Positions 14,927 through 28,659 of a stretch of DNA of 64,000 nt are shown in pieces (position 1 is the first letter of the stretch; the number at the start of each line of letters is the position of its first letter). The stretch lies in contig OX597840.1 in the NCBI GenBank assembly GCA_951406725.2, positions 1,178,001-1,242,000 on the forward strand, given 5' to 3'. Source of the stretch: Octopus vulgaris. Lineage: Eukaryota. The notes beneath the pieces were generated by a model. That model did no database searches and was not told the DNA's origin. It saw only the letters and a list, made by a program, of their open reading frames with translations. A program made the position numbers and the translations under genes.

Positions 14927-15981
14927 TCCATAGATTTCTCTTATACTCTCTTTCTTTTTCTCAGTAACATTTCTATTTCTTTCAGAATTCTTCACCGCAC
15001 GTCCTTCCATTTTCATATTCTTTCACGTATTCTCCTTCTCAAGAATTCCCTAATAACCGGCCTGTCATTTAAATGCGAATGTGACCTCTTCTCAACCAAC
15101 CTACGATGCCAAAAAAGCTAGGCAATTTCTGTCACTTAGCAGAACTTCCGACCTTCCTTACTTCAACACAGCCACACTGCTGTCATCACCTTTATTATAT
15201 CTATACCTTTTCTATATTGTATCTATACCATTCCTATACCATTGTTTCCTTGCCATCACTGTAGCACTGACTTCATCATCATTCCCATCATCCTTATCAT
15301 TACCTATAGTACAACCATACAGCCACACCATCAAAAATCCAATACAGAAACGAAAGCCATCGCCATCATCACCATAAATGCCTCTACAATAAACAGCAGT
15401 AATATAACAGACTTGAACAACAACACCCACTATAACACTAGCGCCATTAGCAGCTATAGTAAGAAAAGCAAAAACCATCACCACCACCAACTCCACCACC
15501 GACAGGAACCAAAGCAGCTGCACCAGTGTTAGTGGATCTATTATCCTGTTTGCGATGGCTACGATGTTTAATATTGATATGGAAGGCTTCGAATTTTGGC
15601 ACAGGGTTAGCAATTTGTGTGAAGTTAGACAATTTTATCATTCCCGGTACTCAACTTATTCTTATTTTAACGCCTCCGACTCGATGAAAGTTAAAGTCGA
15701 GAGCAGAGGAATTTGAACTCAGAACGTAGAAGACGGGGGAGATGCTCCTGAATACTCTGAGTCGCTTGTGACTTTCTATCAAACAGGACTCAGTTTTAAA
15801 GCGTTGTAATTATTCTATCTGTGGTCTTTTACTAAACCGCTAAGTTACAGGGATATAAACACACAAATGCTAGTTATCAAGCGGTGATGGGGAGACGAAC
15901 AAATACACATAAATAGCCATATATATATACACATATATATATATATATACATATATATATACACAAACACACACACACACA

Positions 15982-16083
<102 letters not shown>

Positions 16084-16179
16084 TAATCCAAACAAGAAAG
16101 CATAAAAAACACAACAACGCGAGGACGTGGAACAAAGAAAGTATTATTGGACGCTCAGGAAAGAAGGAAAGAAGGAGGC

Positions 16180-16212
16180 TTTAACGTTTCGAGCGGAGCT
16201 CTTCGTCGGAAA
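16180..16212 (-). ncRNA. Degenerate hammerhead motif in a pLTR-like repeat (16080-16280)
   Basis: Minus strand: TTT-CCGACGA-A-GAGC TCC GCTC-GAAA-CG-TT-AAA. Same family as 56405-56440. Confidence 0.55.
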
Positions 16213-17344
16213 CATAGGAGAAGGAAAGATCCAGAGAAGGGAAGAGAGAGGGAAAAAAATCGCCAACGGTACACACGTGTGGTTTGGTGCAAACACGTTC
16301 ATATAGCGAGTTAAATAGCCACTTGGTGCTTATATGAATCGAGAGGTTAACGTTAAACGTAATTCATCCGTACCTCAAAGTAAATTGTTAAGAGTTACTC
16401 AAATCCATTCCCACTGCATTGTGCGAACGTACATTTATATGCGTGTAACATCTTGAGAGTCTTTCAGAAATTCTATCAAGGATCTTCTCATTGTTCATCA
16501 GATTAAACAGGGATTCTTGGAACAGAGTCGGCATTTTATCACACAAAATCGGCCAGAGATGATGAATGTCTTTGATTGATTCTCTTGAATCTGGCGACAT
16601 AGTTGAGATTACAGTTCTGAAATGAATCAACCGTTTACCCCATTTAAACATAGGGCCCTCCATTTGTGTGCACGGTACATTTATATACAAAATTTGTACT
16701 CAAACAGTGGTTCATCAATGGGCATTTGGGTTATTCTCTGCATGAGCACTTATATTTGTTTGCATATGGCAGATCCGACCTCATTTACTATAAATATATG
16801 CATTTCAAAGTCCCACAAACATATCAATGAATGCCCATACTGATATGAAAACATAAGGGTACACTCATTCAAGCACGTCTGACATGCGCATATGCACACA
16901 CGCACGATCAAGCACACATTCAATCACAAACGCACGTTCATATACATTTATATGCGTTTGTGTCTGTGTGAGTACCCACGACTGTACGTATAAATATATG
17001 TATAATACACGCATATGCAGATAAACACATATAAAATATACAATATATATATAATATGTGCATTCGTATACTTTTTGTAATATGGTATGATTTGCCATAT
17101 CTTGCGATGTTTACGAATATTTACTGAGAGTACTCGTGCTACGAAATAAATTTTTCCAATGAATCCTATATTGAAGAGAAGCCTTTCTTAGTCTACAGAC
17201 ATTAAATGGTTTAGATGCGCAGATAACGTGTGTCCTATTTTTATTCAGGCAGACGTGATTATTTAAGGGCGTATCTGAAGTCTCGACCATTATATATCTG
17301 TTTAGTAGACCAAAAGGTTTGGAATATTTAAACGCTCTGAACAT

Positions 17345-17862
17345 TTATTTCTTTACTACCCACAATGGGCTAAACACAGGGGCGGGGTAGGAACAAGGAC
17401 AGACAAACGGATTAAGTCGATTACATCGACCCCAGTACGCAACTGGAACTTAATTTATCGACCCCAAAAGGTTCAAAGGCAAAGTCGACCTCGGCGGAAT
17501 TTGAACTCAGAACGTAGCGCAGACGAAATACCTATTTCTTTACTACCCACAAGGGGCTAAACACAGAGGAGACAAACAAAGACAGACAGACAGACAGATT
17601 AAGTCGATTATATCGACCCCAGTGCGTAACTGGTACTTAATTTATCGACCCCAAAAGAATGAAAGGCAAAGTCGACCTCGGCGGAATTTGAACTCAGAAC
17701 GTAGCGACAGACGAAATACCTATTTCTTTACTACCCACAAGGGGCTAAACACAGAGGAGACAAACAAGCACAGACAGACAGATTAAGTCGATTATATCGA
17801 CCCCAGTGCGTAACTGGTTCTTAATTTATCGACCCCGCATTTCGCCCGGCGTGCTAACGTTT
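17345..17862 (-). mobile_element. Tandem array (about 2.7 units of ~190 bp) of the SINE family B body
   Basis: TTTCTTTACTACCCACAAGGGGCTAAACACAG...GAACTCAGAACGTAGCG.AGACGAAATACCTA repeated head to tail. Confidence 0.88.
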
Positions 17863-17965
17863 GTAAGATTAAGTCTTAGTGATATTTAAGAAGAGAATAA
17901 CCGAGGGTTAAATGTTTCGGAGTTACACATGTGGATTACGTATAATGCAATTCTCTTAACTCTCT

Positions 17966-18382
17966 CTTTTACTCTTTTACTTGTTTCAGGCATTTGACTG
18001 CGGCCATGCTGGAGCAACGCCTTCAATCGAGCAACTCGACCCCAGGACTTATTTTTTGTAAGCCCAGTACTTATTCTATCGGACTCTTTTGCCGAACCGC
18101 TAAGTAACGGGGACATAAACACACCAGCATCGGTTGTCAAGCAATTCTTGGGGGACAAACACAGACACACAAACACACACACACACACACACACACACAT
18201 TTATATATACATATATACGACGTGCTTCTTTCAGTTTCCGTCTACCAAATCCACTCACAAGGCTTTGGTGGCCCGAGGCTATAGTAGAAGACACTTGCCC
18301 AAGGTGCCACGCAGTGGGACTGAACCCGGAACCATGTGGTTGGTAAACAAGCTACTTACCACACAGCCACTCCTGCGCCTAT
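17966..18382 (-). mobile_element. SINE family A, full length
   Basis: A box TGGCTGTGTGG, B box GGTTCAGTCCC, CCTTGGGCAAG core, and tail ending GAAACAAGTAAAAGAG. Confidence 0.92.
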
Positions 18383-18827
18383 GTGTATATTTTATCGAAA
18401 TGTAATATATTGCTTTCGGTAAGATGCTGTAGTTGTTTTCTTTAGCATTTCCATGACAAAATGTTCTCAGCATTCTTGTGTCTGCGGATTTATTTGCTGA
18501 TCTATGAGGATAATAGGATCATCTGATATACGATGTGGATATAATTTGAGCGGGAATGACGAAAGAACATTCCAAATGAAAGTAATCGTTCATAGTACTT
18601 ATTTGTTAAGTGATACACGATTGCTCATTCATACGCTTTGGCTAAAAACCCACCTTAAGCGTACGTAATGATAAAAATCATTAACTGTAAGCACAAATAC
18701 ATAGACTTTCTTACACTGGCTCTCCTACACAGACGAGCACCCCCACCATACATATATACGTATGTATATAGGTTGAAAAAAACATTAGAGATCTATACAA
18801 ATCAAATTTCTATATACTAAAAATCGA

Positions 18828-19018
18828 GGTGGAAATAGCACAGAAGTTAAGTCTAAGACATCTCAATTTAAGAGGTAATTTAAAAAAAATGATTTTAAAA
18901 ATTATATAATTTATTCATTGAAACCGGTAATATCTTTTTATATATATTTTTGAATAATTTTTATATAATTCCCCCTTAAATTGAAATGTCTTAGAGTTAC
19001 GTCTGTGCTATTACTACC
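18828..19018. repeat. Fold-back element (~55-bp inverted arms) with hammerhead 3' half GAAACCGGTA in the spacer
   Basis: GGTGGAAATAGCACAGAAG..TCTAAGACAT.TCAATTTAAG is mirrored at 18968-19018. Confidence 0.7.
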
Positions 19019-19023
19019 GCCAT

Positions 19024-19056
<33 letters not shown>

Positions 19057-19059
<3 letters not shown>

Positions 19060-19350
19060 CGTGACCGACCAGGCTATCAGATGTTGCTACACATCGCTGG
19101 TGACAATGCACTTCGCATTGTTTTAGCCTTCAAATGACGCCACCCTGCTTGGTTAAGCGATCAGGCCAACAGAAGACAGAGTGAAAGAAAGTTGTGGCGA
19201 AAGAGTACAGCAGGGATCACCACCACCCACTGCCGGAGCGTCGTGGAGCTTTAGGTGTTTTCGCTCAATAAGCACGCACAACGCCCGGTAGGCGAATCAA
19301 AATCACGATCCTACGACCAAGATTCACTGCCCTAACCACTGGGCCATTGC
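19057..19350 (-). mobile_element. SINE family C-related copy
   Basis: Minus strand GCAATGGCCCAGTGGTTAGGGCAG..TAGGATCG, shared with 43116-43468 and 62244-62629. Confidence 0.8.
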
Positions 19351-19842
19351 CACCAAACTTGCCTTACAAAATTTTCCACGTGATATAGTTGAAGACGTTT
19401 GTCCTAAGTGATGGCTAGCGGGGCTGAACACACGGTCACACACTGACACAGACGCACACAGACACATACACAGACACACAGACACGCACACACACACCCA
19501 TACACGCATATGTACTAAGGGCTTCCACACAGTTTTGGTAGACAAGATTTCAGCAGAAGACATCAGCTGGCCCTAGACTACAGTCGAAGTCCCTGCACAT
19601 AGCTACTACATACATCGATTGAACCTGTAACCTATTATTTACAAAGCGATCTTCTTCACCACAGAGCAACACCTGTGAAGCCCTGGTTTGAACACACACC
19701 TCATCGGTGTAACTTATTACTAGAAACCTGGTGTAAAAATGAAAAAAACAAAAAAACAAATCAACCTTGACAGTTTTCTGTGATGAATTCATTTAAGTTT
19801 CAGCACAATAAGTAGAATAGAATACGTAGGAAGCAAAAGAGC

Positions 19843-20195
<353 letters not shown>

Positions 20196-20365
20196 TTGGC
20201 AAAAAGAAACAAAAAGCAGGCATAGAAAACAATGGAAATTCTATATTTCTTTAATAATGATTGTTCGTTGACATTGTAGAGTTGGTAACGATTTAGTTGG
20301 CAGCTAACCAGATGTTGACCTCATCACATCATCGCACAGTTAAAACCACACTTATATACCTACAT

Positions 20366-20396
<31 letters not shown>

Positions 20397-20480
20397 AGCA
20401 GAGACAAAGAAAGAAAGAGAGAGAGACATTCATAGAAGCATCCATACTTGCATATTTATATGTACATGCATATATATATA

Positions 20481-20559
<79 letters not shown>

Positions 20560-20695
20560 TATACATATATACATATATTTATATATATATATATATATAT
20601 TTACACACATATACACACACAACTGTATACATACGTACATATATCTGACTATATAGGCCTGTGTTTGTGTGTGTCTGTGTATGCGTGTTTATGCT

Positions 20696-20737
<42 letters not shown>

Positions 20738-20844
20738 CAGCGGTATCACGAAAATGTTGAAAACCTCCAAAACAGATCTGAAGCAAATACTGTAGGCAAT
20801 TCTGTTTGTTTTCATGGTGGCTACAAATGTTTAACTCTCTTACT

Positions 20845-20921
<77 letters not shown>

Positions 20922-20975
20922 CTTTCAATCTATCTATGTATCTATCTGTTTATCTGCCTGTCTGTCTGTCTATCA

Positions 20976-21033
<58 letters not shown>

Positions 21034-21188
21034 ATATATATATATAGATACCGAAAGAATTAGAAATGGCAGTCAAAGACTGTTTATTTCCATTTCCTAC
21101 AAGTGAAGGCTCCATATACGACACAACCCTGCGATTCACATACGTAAAATCGGAGTATCAAATAAACGAAAACGATCCCTTACCGTTA

Positions 21189-21248
21189 ATGGTGAACATG
21201 TTTCTAGATCGTAGGCGAGAAATTGCCAAAGTCTTTCTTCAGCACCAT
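21189..21248 (-). ncRNA. Minimal type I hammerhead ribozyme motif
   Basis: Minus strand: ATGGTG-CTGAAGA-[AGA..GGC..GCC..TCT]-GAAA-CATG-TT-CACCAT. 6-bp stem I, palindromic ACATGT, GUU triplet. Confidence 0.75.
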
Positions 21249-21509
21249 CTTCGTTAGATTTATCAAATGCCACCAGCCTCATCCTCTGACCAGGCGGCAT
21301 CAAATAGTGGGGGGAAGTGTGCATAGGTTAAATCTAAGTAAGCGACTGAGACCATAAATTTTCTCTCCAAAATTCTGCCATGCGCACCACCGAGACAGTC
21401 GCAATGGAGTAAGAAATCCAATTAGTAATATAATAAAAGGGTAAAGAATTTTTTCGATGGGTTTTCAGACAACCAACAATTATTTACAGGTAGATTTCGG
21501 TATGTAAAT

Positions 21510-21591
21510 GACGGGTAGTCATGGTGGATATACTGGGCTTCGTATATTTTACCCCAGTGTCACTTTGATAGCATGCACTGCTATCAAACTC

Positions 21592-21594
<3 letters not shown>
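21510..21594. mobile_element. Right-end fragment of the (TAA)n-associated 560-bp element
   Basis: GACGGGTAGTCATG..GGGCTTCGTATATTTTACCCCAGTGTCACTTTGAT..CTCAAT followed by (AAT)n. Confidence 0.8.
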
Positions 21595-21658
<64 letters not shown>

Positions 21659-22479
21659 TCTAGTTGGTACTATTGGTGATGAAAGTAAAAAGATGGGAAC
21701 AGCAAAACCTAAAGAGTACGATAATTTCAAAGAAACGAAGACTATTTTCAAAATAAGCAGTCTCAAGACGAGCAATGACCTCAAGAAAGCTACTGAGAAA
21801 TCCGAGCAATCTCAGGCAACAGATCATAGGGGAGGAAGTAAATACTGAAAGAAAGAAGCTTAGGAACTTGGGGAGAAATTCTACTCAATGCCCATACGGC
21901 TAACCTGAAGAAAATTCGAACTGAAATTTGTTATGTACTGGGCAGGTGAGCATATAACCCTTCGTTGCCAAGGCCAGGACCTATGGAGAGAAAGATAGAA
22001 AGATTGATTTAGAGTAGAACAGGCAAATAGATAGATAGATAAATAGACTGAGATAGAGAGAGTGAAAGAGAGCGTTACGACATCATTGTATTTAACCGAT
22101 GATGTTGAATGTCAATGAATAATTTGATCAATAATTTAGTTACCGTTTCTGAGTGGTCGAAAAATTGCGTAATGCACGTTTCATTGTCACGTGTCATATC
22201 GTATATTGAGATGCAAAGAGAGTAGTGTACATGAGTGTTAAGGTTATCGAAAGATGATGGCGGAATTAATATTTAGCAATAAGCTGTACGGTCGGCATTC
22301 ATTTTTGAAATATCCATAGATGCAGACACTAACTAATCAAAATTCTTACAACAAAAATGAATAACTAGTTCTCTGGAATTTGCATATTTGTGTACAAACA
22401 GCAAAAACCCTTATTTAATATATGTAATATTGTTTAAATCAGTGAATTTACACCGTCTGTACATATTCTTACGCTCTCT

Positions 22480-22692
22480 CTCTTTTACTTGTTTCAGTCA
22501 TTTGACTGCGGCCATGCTGAAACACCGCCTTTAATCGAGCAACTCGACCCCGGGACTTATTCTTTTGTAAGCCCAGTACTTATTCTGTCGGTCTCTTTTG
22601 CCGAACCGCTAAGTGACGGGGACATAGACGCACCAGCATCGGTTGTCAAGCAATGCTAGGGGACAAACACAGACACACAAACACACACATGC

Positions 22693-22725
<33 letters not shown>

Positions 22726-22868
22726 TACGACGGGCTTCTTTCAGTTTCCGTCTACCAAATTCACTCACAAGGCTTTGGTCGGCCCGAGGCTATAGTAGAA
22801 GACACTTTCCCAAGGTGCCACCCAGTGGGACTGAACCTGGAACCATGTGGTCGGTAGACAAGCTACTT
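22480..22868 (-). mobile_element. SINE family A, 3' part (its 5' head is displaced to 25101-25143 by an insertion)
   Basis: The consensus breaks after CAAGCTACTT (22859-22868) and resumes at 25108 CAAGCTACTTACCACACAGCCACTCCTGCGCCT. Confidence 0.9.
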
Positions 22869-25100
22869 TATTTCAAAACATTTGCCATAAAGGCAGTACA
22901 CAGATTAAGTTAGCTTTGCGGGCTGGATGAGGACATTAATGAGGTGAATGATAATGAAAGAAAGATGATAAGGATGGGAGAAGACAGAAAGCGCCCGCCG
23001 ACTTTTGCTTCTCTAAAACATTGTTCTTTTTAAAAAGATTAACACAAAACGAGGTATTAAACCTCTTACAATTTTCCCAATTTTGGGCTTAGTAGTCCAT
23101 TATTAATACAAAACGAGGTATTAATCCTCTTACAATTTTTCAATTTTTGGACTTAAGTCCATTACTAATAATACATATCGTCCTCGAAATAGCTTGTGCC
23201 CGCGCCCTCCACCATCAACCACGCCTCCCTCAGAACGTAGTCAAGTTCCGAGTTCGCATCGCCCGGGACCAAGTTATAGTCTTCATTGAGCTCCTTTAGC
23301 CCTAGCGTCACGTCGAACGCCACGGCCTCCATAGCTACCTGCGGAGGCCATTCGGGGTCCTGTGTGAAGGCTAAAGGTGCTCCCTTGTAGTGCTCTTCCA
23401 TCACTTTTTCAATTTCTCCTCCTCTATAGAAGAGAACCAATACATTCAGTTCTTTCGTTGGCGGCACAGTTTCCGTCAACGGTATTCCTTCTCTTGTCGG
23501 TGGCACAACCCCAACCGACGTAGTTCCGCGACATTCCGGTGCCACACTGACAGCCGGCAACGTCCCGTTTTTCTTCCTCTTTTTCTTTTTTTTCCCTTTT
23601 CAACTGAGGGAGGGTGCGTCTCCTCCGTGGCTGGAAGATTCGCCCTCCTCTCCTCATCCCTATTATCCTTTGGTGAGCACCCATTGTTGCTCACCTTCCT
23701 CTTTCGGCCTCTGCTTGAGGAGTCCTCTGCTTTCTCGGCCGTTATCGTTCCCTCTTCTAGAGGGGTTTTACTTAACTGTTCCGGGATCCTATTTTGTTCC
23801 CGAGGACAGTTCTTCTTTATGTGGCCGGACTCCAAGCACCGATGACACTTAGGGGGCGACCCTCAAGCATCACCGGGTACCTGCACCCGGCCATTTTCAA
23901 AAAATCTGGAAAAACCAGATTGGCTGATTGGGTCCACAGGGTCAAAACTGCTTTCGAGCCAACCCAAGCAGCCGCAGGAAGAACTTTTACATTGAGGAGC
24001 TTAGTTTCGCTGTCACCCAGACCCCGGCGGATAGTCTCCTCTATCCACTCGGGTTCTATGTCGGGTGGCAGTCCGCAGATCCAAGCTTTCATTAATTTCT
24101 TTTTTTTGTAAGTGGGCAGGAATAAGATTTCCTTACCCTCCAAGGGTTCGCTAGCAAATTTGCAAGCCTCTTCAGGGGTGTCAAACAGCAACCACACCGT
24201 TCCATATTTGACACCCCTGGAAATGAATTTAATTGTTGGCAAATACTCCTCCAACTCCTCCTCAATTGCCGTCTTTTCGAATAGGGCGATGGTGTCAAGT
24301 GCCTTGGAGTAGGTTCTCAACACCACCGTCCTATCTTCACGGTCCTTCAACCACTTTTTGGGTGGTATGATTTCCCACTCCAAAACTTTGTTATTTTTCA
24401 TTGCCATGTTTTTTAAAAAATATATTCAAATTAGACTCAAAAGCAGGAAGAAAAAAGTTCAAAAGTCTAAATAAATTTGATAGATTTTTGAAAAAACAAA
24501 AAGGAGAAAGCACAACAGAAGGGAAGAAATTAACGGAAAGTCGCAATAAAGAAAAAACAAAGGGGGGGGGGGGGTAAATGAAGTTCAAAAGAAAGTTAAT
24601 AAACAGAAAAAACACAGCAAAAATATTCTGCGGTACTCCCGGCCTGGGTTGAACCTTGAACGCCTCAACTGCAACACAACCTCCACAAAAATGGGTCCGA
24701 AAGGTAATCCAATAGTGGCTTATTTTTATACTTTTCTTGCGAAGTACTCTGACAAGGGAATAAATTCAGCAAACTCAAACACAGCACTGGTTACTGCCAA
24801 CGGTAATTTTAACAGTAACTGTATTGAATCCTGAGTATACGCCCCTCCACTGTTTTTTTCTTTTTTTTTTTCAATGAACACAAAAACGGCAGCCGCCTAG
24901 CGCAGGCGAAATTGTCTCAGAGTTGGACACAACCTACTGAAATAATAATTGGCACGCAATAAATTATGCCCAACTCACAATAAACAAAATCACTTACCTC
25001 GACAACTTTCCGTTTTTGGTCTTTTTTCTTTAGTTGGACAGAGCTTGTTACTCACGTCCGCTCTAGCTCAACAAGAAGCAACCGACTAACTGCGCATGTC
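22869..25100 (-). mobile_element. ORF1-only (HAL1-like) Tx1/L1-type non-LTR retroelement, ~2.2 kb
   Basis: Flanked by duplicated CAAGCTACTT. ~690-bp 5' UTR, one gag-like ORF1, ~300-bp 3' UTR ending in GAAATAA. No endonuclease or RT. Confidence 0.8.
23165..24407 (-). pseudogene. LINE ORF1 (gag-like, CCHC zinc knuckle), broken by two single-base deletions
   Basis: ORFs 23817-24407, 23476-23835 and 23165-23560 join to ~414 aa. Knuckle CHRCLESGHIKKNC (CX2CX4HX4C); RRM-like GTVWLLF and ICGLPP segments. Confidence 0.8.
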
Positions 25101-26729
25101 TGGTTAGCAAGCTACTTACCACACAGCCACTCCTGCGCCTATAGTTCACTTACGCGAAATATGTCCAAGCAGTTTTGTTAAAGTTGGCAAAAACTATGGT
25201 CTCCATAACTGTAATTTTATAATTGGTTGTAACCAAAATAATTCTAATTTTATAATTGGTTCTAACCAAAATAATTCTAACCAAAATAATTGAAATAACC
25301 AAAATTCTTCGAAAAAATTCTAGGAAAGACGATTAAGGTCACGAGACTTAGATCTATTTCAGAGGTTGGCAAAATGATAAATCTCGTTGGTTGCTGGGGT
25401 ACAGAGTATTTTAGATTGAACGATTAACAAATGCTACACATGGCTGTACACAACAACCTTAAATAAAACTTGGCTCGCCAATACAACTATTGACATGTTT
25501 TATATAGGAAATTCCTATAAGCCGCAGAGTGTCTGTTTTTGCTGCTACCATTCTCCTCCTCGTACTACCATCTGGTTCGCCTACTACCACTTTTATGAAC
25601 CAGCCATCAATTCTATCTACAAATTAGAAAACGAAATTTTATACCATTTCATTTCCATAAGAAAAATATGTGAACTTCTAGAATTTATATTATTAGAGCA
25701 CAGTTCAATTTAATTTATTTCAAAATTTTTTCCCATTTTGTTTCCGTATGAGGAGGTTGTCATAATATGATTGAAACCGGTAGCTGCTTAGGTAAAAGTG
25801 TACGTATCAATTTTCTGTGTTCTCTGAGCAGTTTCTTATTTCAGAAAAATATCTATATATAAATCAAATTTGAAATGACATAAATCATGTTACAAATGTC
25901 TTAAATCACCTGCGGCAGATATGAAAGGAAGCATTGAGGGTTACGAGAAGGAAGTCCTCATATAGATAAAGAATTCATGAACCAGTTTCGTTTCCATGTC
26001 CATCAAAAACTTGCAAGTCATGTGGATTGAAATGGCAATTGAGTATTCGTAATAAACAAAAGTAAAACAGAGCTAATACTGAAATAAGATATTAATGCTG
26101 TATATAGGATCAGCTTTTCAAACGCCTTTCAGGGCTCAAATATAATTTAAGATCTCGTGCTAGGAAGGACAATAGCGGGTAAAAGTGGTCAGGCTCCACG
26201 AGGAGCAGACCGCCGCCATATGTATATTCAGAAACAGCTGGAAACGACTTTCCTGGTGTTAAACAGCACCAACATCCGTCGCATCCAGAACTTCCACAGT
26301 ATTTTGGCAAATAGTCTTTATTTTAAAGTACAGTTAATGAATATCTCTCTTTGAGAGATTTAGAAATAATAATGTTTCTGTTTATTAGACCAGTAACTGT
26401 TTGTCACTTTGAATATTATATATTTTCGACCGTGAATATGGCAGCGGCGTCTAGCCGAACAGGTAGTCTGTGCAGATACAAGCGCAATAACCCAGAAACT
26501 GGCCCACAGATGTTACTTTGTGCTGGATAGGGGTGAGCTCCCCTGTTCGAAAATGTAAGGCCGCAGATATTGTGTTCTTTACCCAGCTGAAAACGGCGTT
26601 TACTGGGGCTAAAACAACAGTAACATTTATCCCTTCCGGGACCGCCATATTATGTTGGCAAATATTCTTTACTTTAATGTACTGTTACTGAATATCTCTC
26701 TTTGAGAGATTCAGAAATAATAACGTTTA

Positions 26730-26781
<52 letters not shown>

Positions 26782-26852
26782 CATAGACACTTATACAAAA
26801 TATACATACACGCACACACACACATACATAGACACTTATACAAAATATACAT

Positions 26853-26910
<58 letters not shown>

Positions 26911-27934
26911 TTTCAGGATTAAATAAAAAGACAACAGACAGAAAATATCACTTACTTATATACAATTCAGATGAACGTGTAATAATTAAATAAACAACTA
27001 TATAATAAATACACAGACGGACAGAATACTTAGACCAATAATTCTTCATTAGTTATCGAGCAGACGATTCAAACGCAATTTCAGCCATTATCGATAGCAT
27101 TGCTTCCACTCTGGAGGCACCGACAAATAACATAACTTGCTGGGAACAGGACTTAAACATAAAATAAAACGGGCTCGAGACACGACCGTTAGGTGAACGA
27201 AACAACAAACAGAATAAAGGCGCAGGGCCACACGAAGACAATAATTAATGACAATAATCAAAATTATATATATATAATGTTTTGTTCTTTTATTCTCTTA
27301 CTTGTTTTAGTCGTTTAACTATGTCCATGCAAATCTACCCCGGACTTATTTCTTAAGCCTAATACTTATTCTTTCGATCGCTTTTTACGAAACCACTAAA
27401 TTAGAGTATATAAATACATCAATACCGGAGAAAAACACACACCCAACAAAAACACACACACATATTATAGGCACAGGCTTAGATGTGTGGTAAGAAGCTG
27501 GTTTACTAACCACATGGTCCCACGTTCAATCCCACAGCATGGCACCTTGGATAAATATCTTCTACTATAGCCTCGGGCCAATCAAAGCCTTGTGAGTGGA
27601 AGAAGCCTGTCAAATATACATGTAAAATTTTTTATACGTTTGTGTATCTGTGTTTATCGCATCTCCATCTTTGGTGCGTTTACGTCCCCGTAACGTAGCG
27701 GTTCAGCAAAAAAGACGGATTGAATAAATACTAGGCTTACAAAGAATCAGTTCTGCGGTCGAATTGTCCGACTAAATGCGTTGCTCCAGTCAATGGCCGC
27801 GCCCAAATGACTGAAACAAGTAAACGAATACATATATACATACATACATGAATACATACATACATACACACAAACATATATATATATATATACGTGTGTA
27901 TATGTATTTTCGTTTTTCGTTTTTTTTCGTTTTT

Positions 27935-28637
27935 TTACTTGTTCCAGTAATTTGACTGCGGCCATGCTGGAGCACCGCCTTTAGTCGAGCAAATCGACCC
28001 CGGGACTTATTCTTTGTAAGCCCAGTACTTATTCTATCGGTCTCTTTTTGCCGAACCGCTAAGTGACGGGGATGTAAACACACCAGCACACAAACACACA
28101 CACCTACATATATATATACATATATACGACAGGCTTCTTTCAGTTTCCGTCTACCAAATCCACTCACAAGGCTTTGGTCGGCCCGAGGCTATAGTAGAAG
28201 ACACTTGCCCAAGGTGCCACGCAGTGGGACTGAACCCGGAACCATGTGGTTGGTAGACAAGCTACTTACCACACAGCCACTCCTACACCTATATATATAC
28301 GATGGGCTTCTTTCAGTTTCCGTCTACCAAATCCACTCACAAGGCTTTGGTCGGCCCGAGGCTATAGTAGAAGACACTTGCCCAAGGTGCCACGCAGTGG
28401 GACTGAACCCGGAACCATGTGGTTGGTAGACAAGCTACTTACCACACAGCCACTCCTACACCTATATATATACGATGGGCTTCTTTCAGTTTCCGTCTAC
28501 CAAATCCACTCACAAGGCTTTGGTCGGCCCGAGGCTATAGTAGAAGACACTTGCCCAAGGTGCCACGCAGTGGGACTGAACCCGGAACCATGTGGTTGGT
28601 AGACAAGCTACTTACCACACAGCCACTCCTGCGCCTA
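27935..28637 (-). mobile_element. SINE family A with three tandem 173-bp head units
   Basis: Near-identical units with period 173 (ORF starts at 28246 and 28419). Confidence 0.93.
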
Positions 28638-28659
28638 TATCCACTCCTGCGCCTGAATA

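Noticed and set aside
18330-18382. tRNA-like A/B boxes in SINE heads as possible tRNA genes
   Set aside because: They continue into SINE bodies and lack a proper cloverleaf and terminator.
21185-21324. Possible minus-strand exon ending at a GTAAGG donor
   Set aside because: No recognisable protein; the region is better explained by the hammerhead-bearing pLTR-like repeat.
21901-21933. CTGAAGA..GAAA near 21905 (similar hits at 1349, 16495 minus and 53635)
   Set aside because: Stems I, II and III do not form convincingly; treated as chance matches.
28126-28637. Regularly spaced repeats as a CRISPR array
   Set aside because: Whole units are near-identical SINE heads with no unique spacers or cas genes, in a eukaryotic context.
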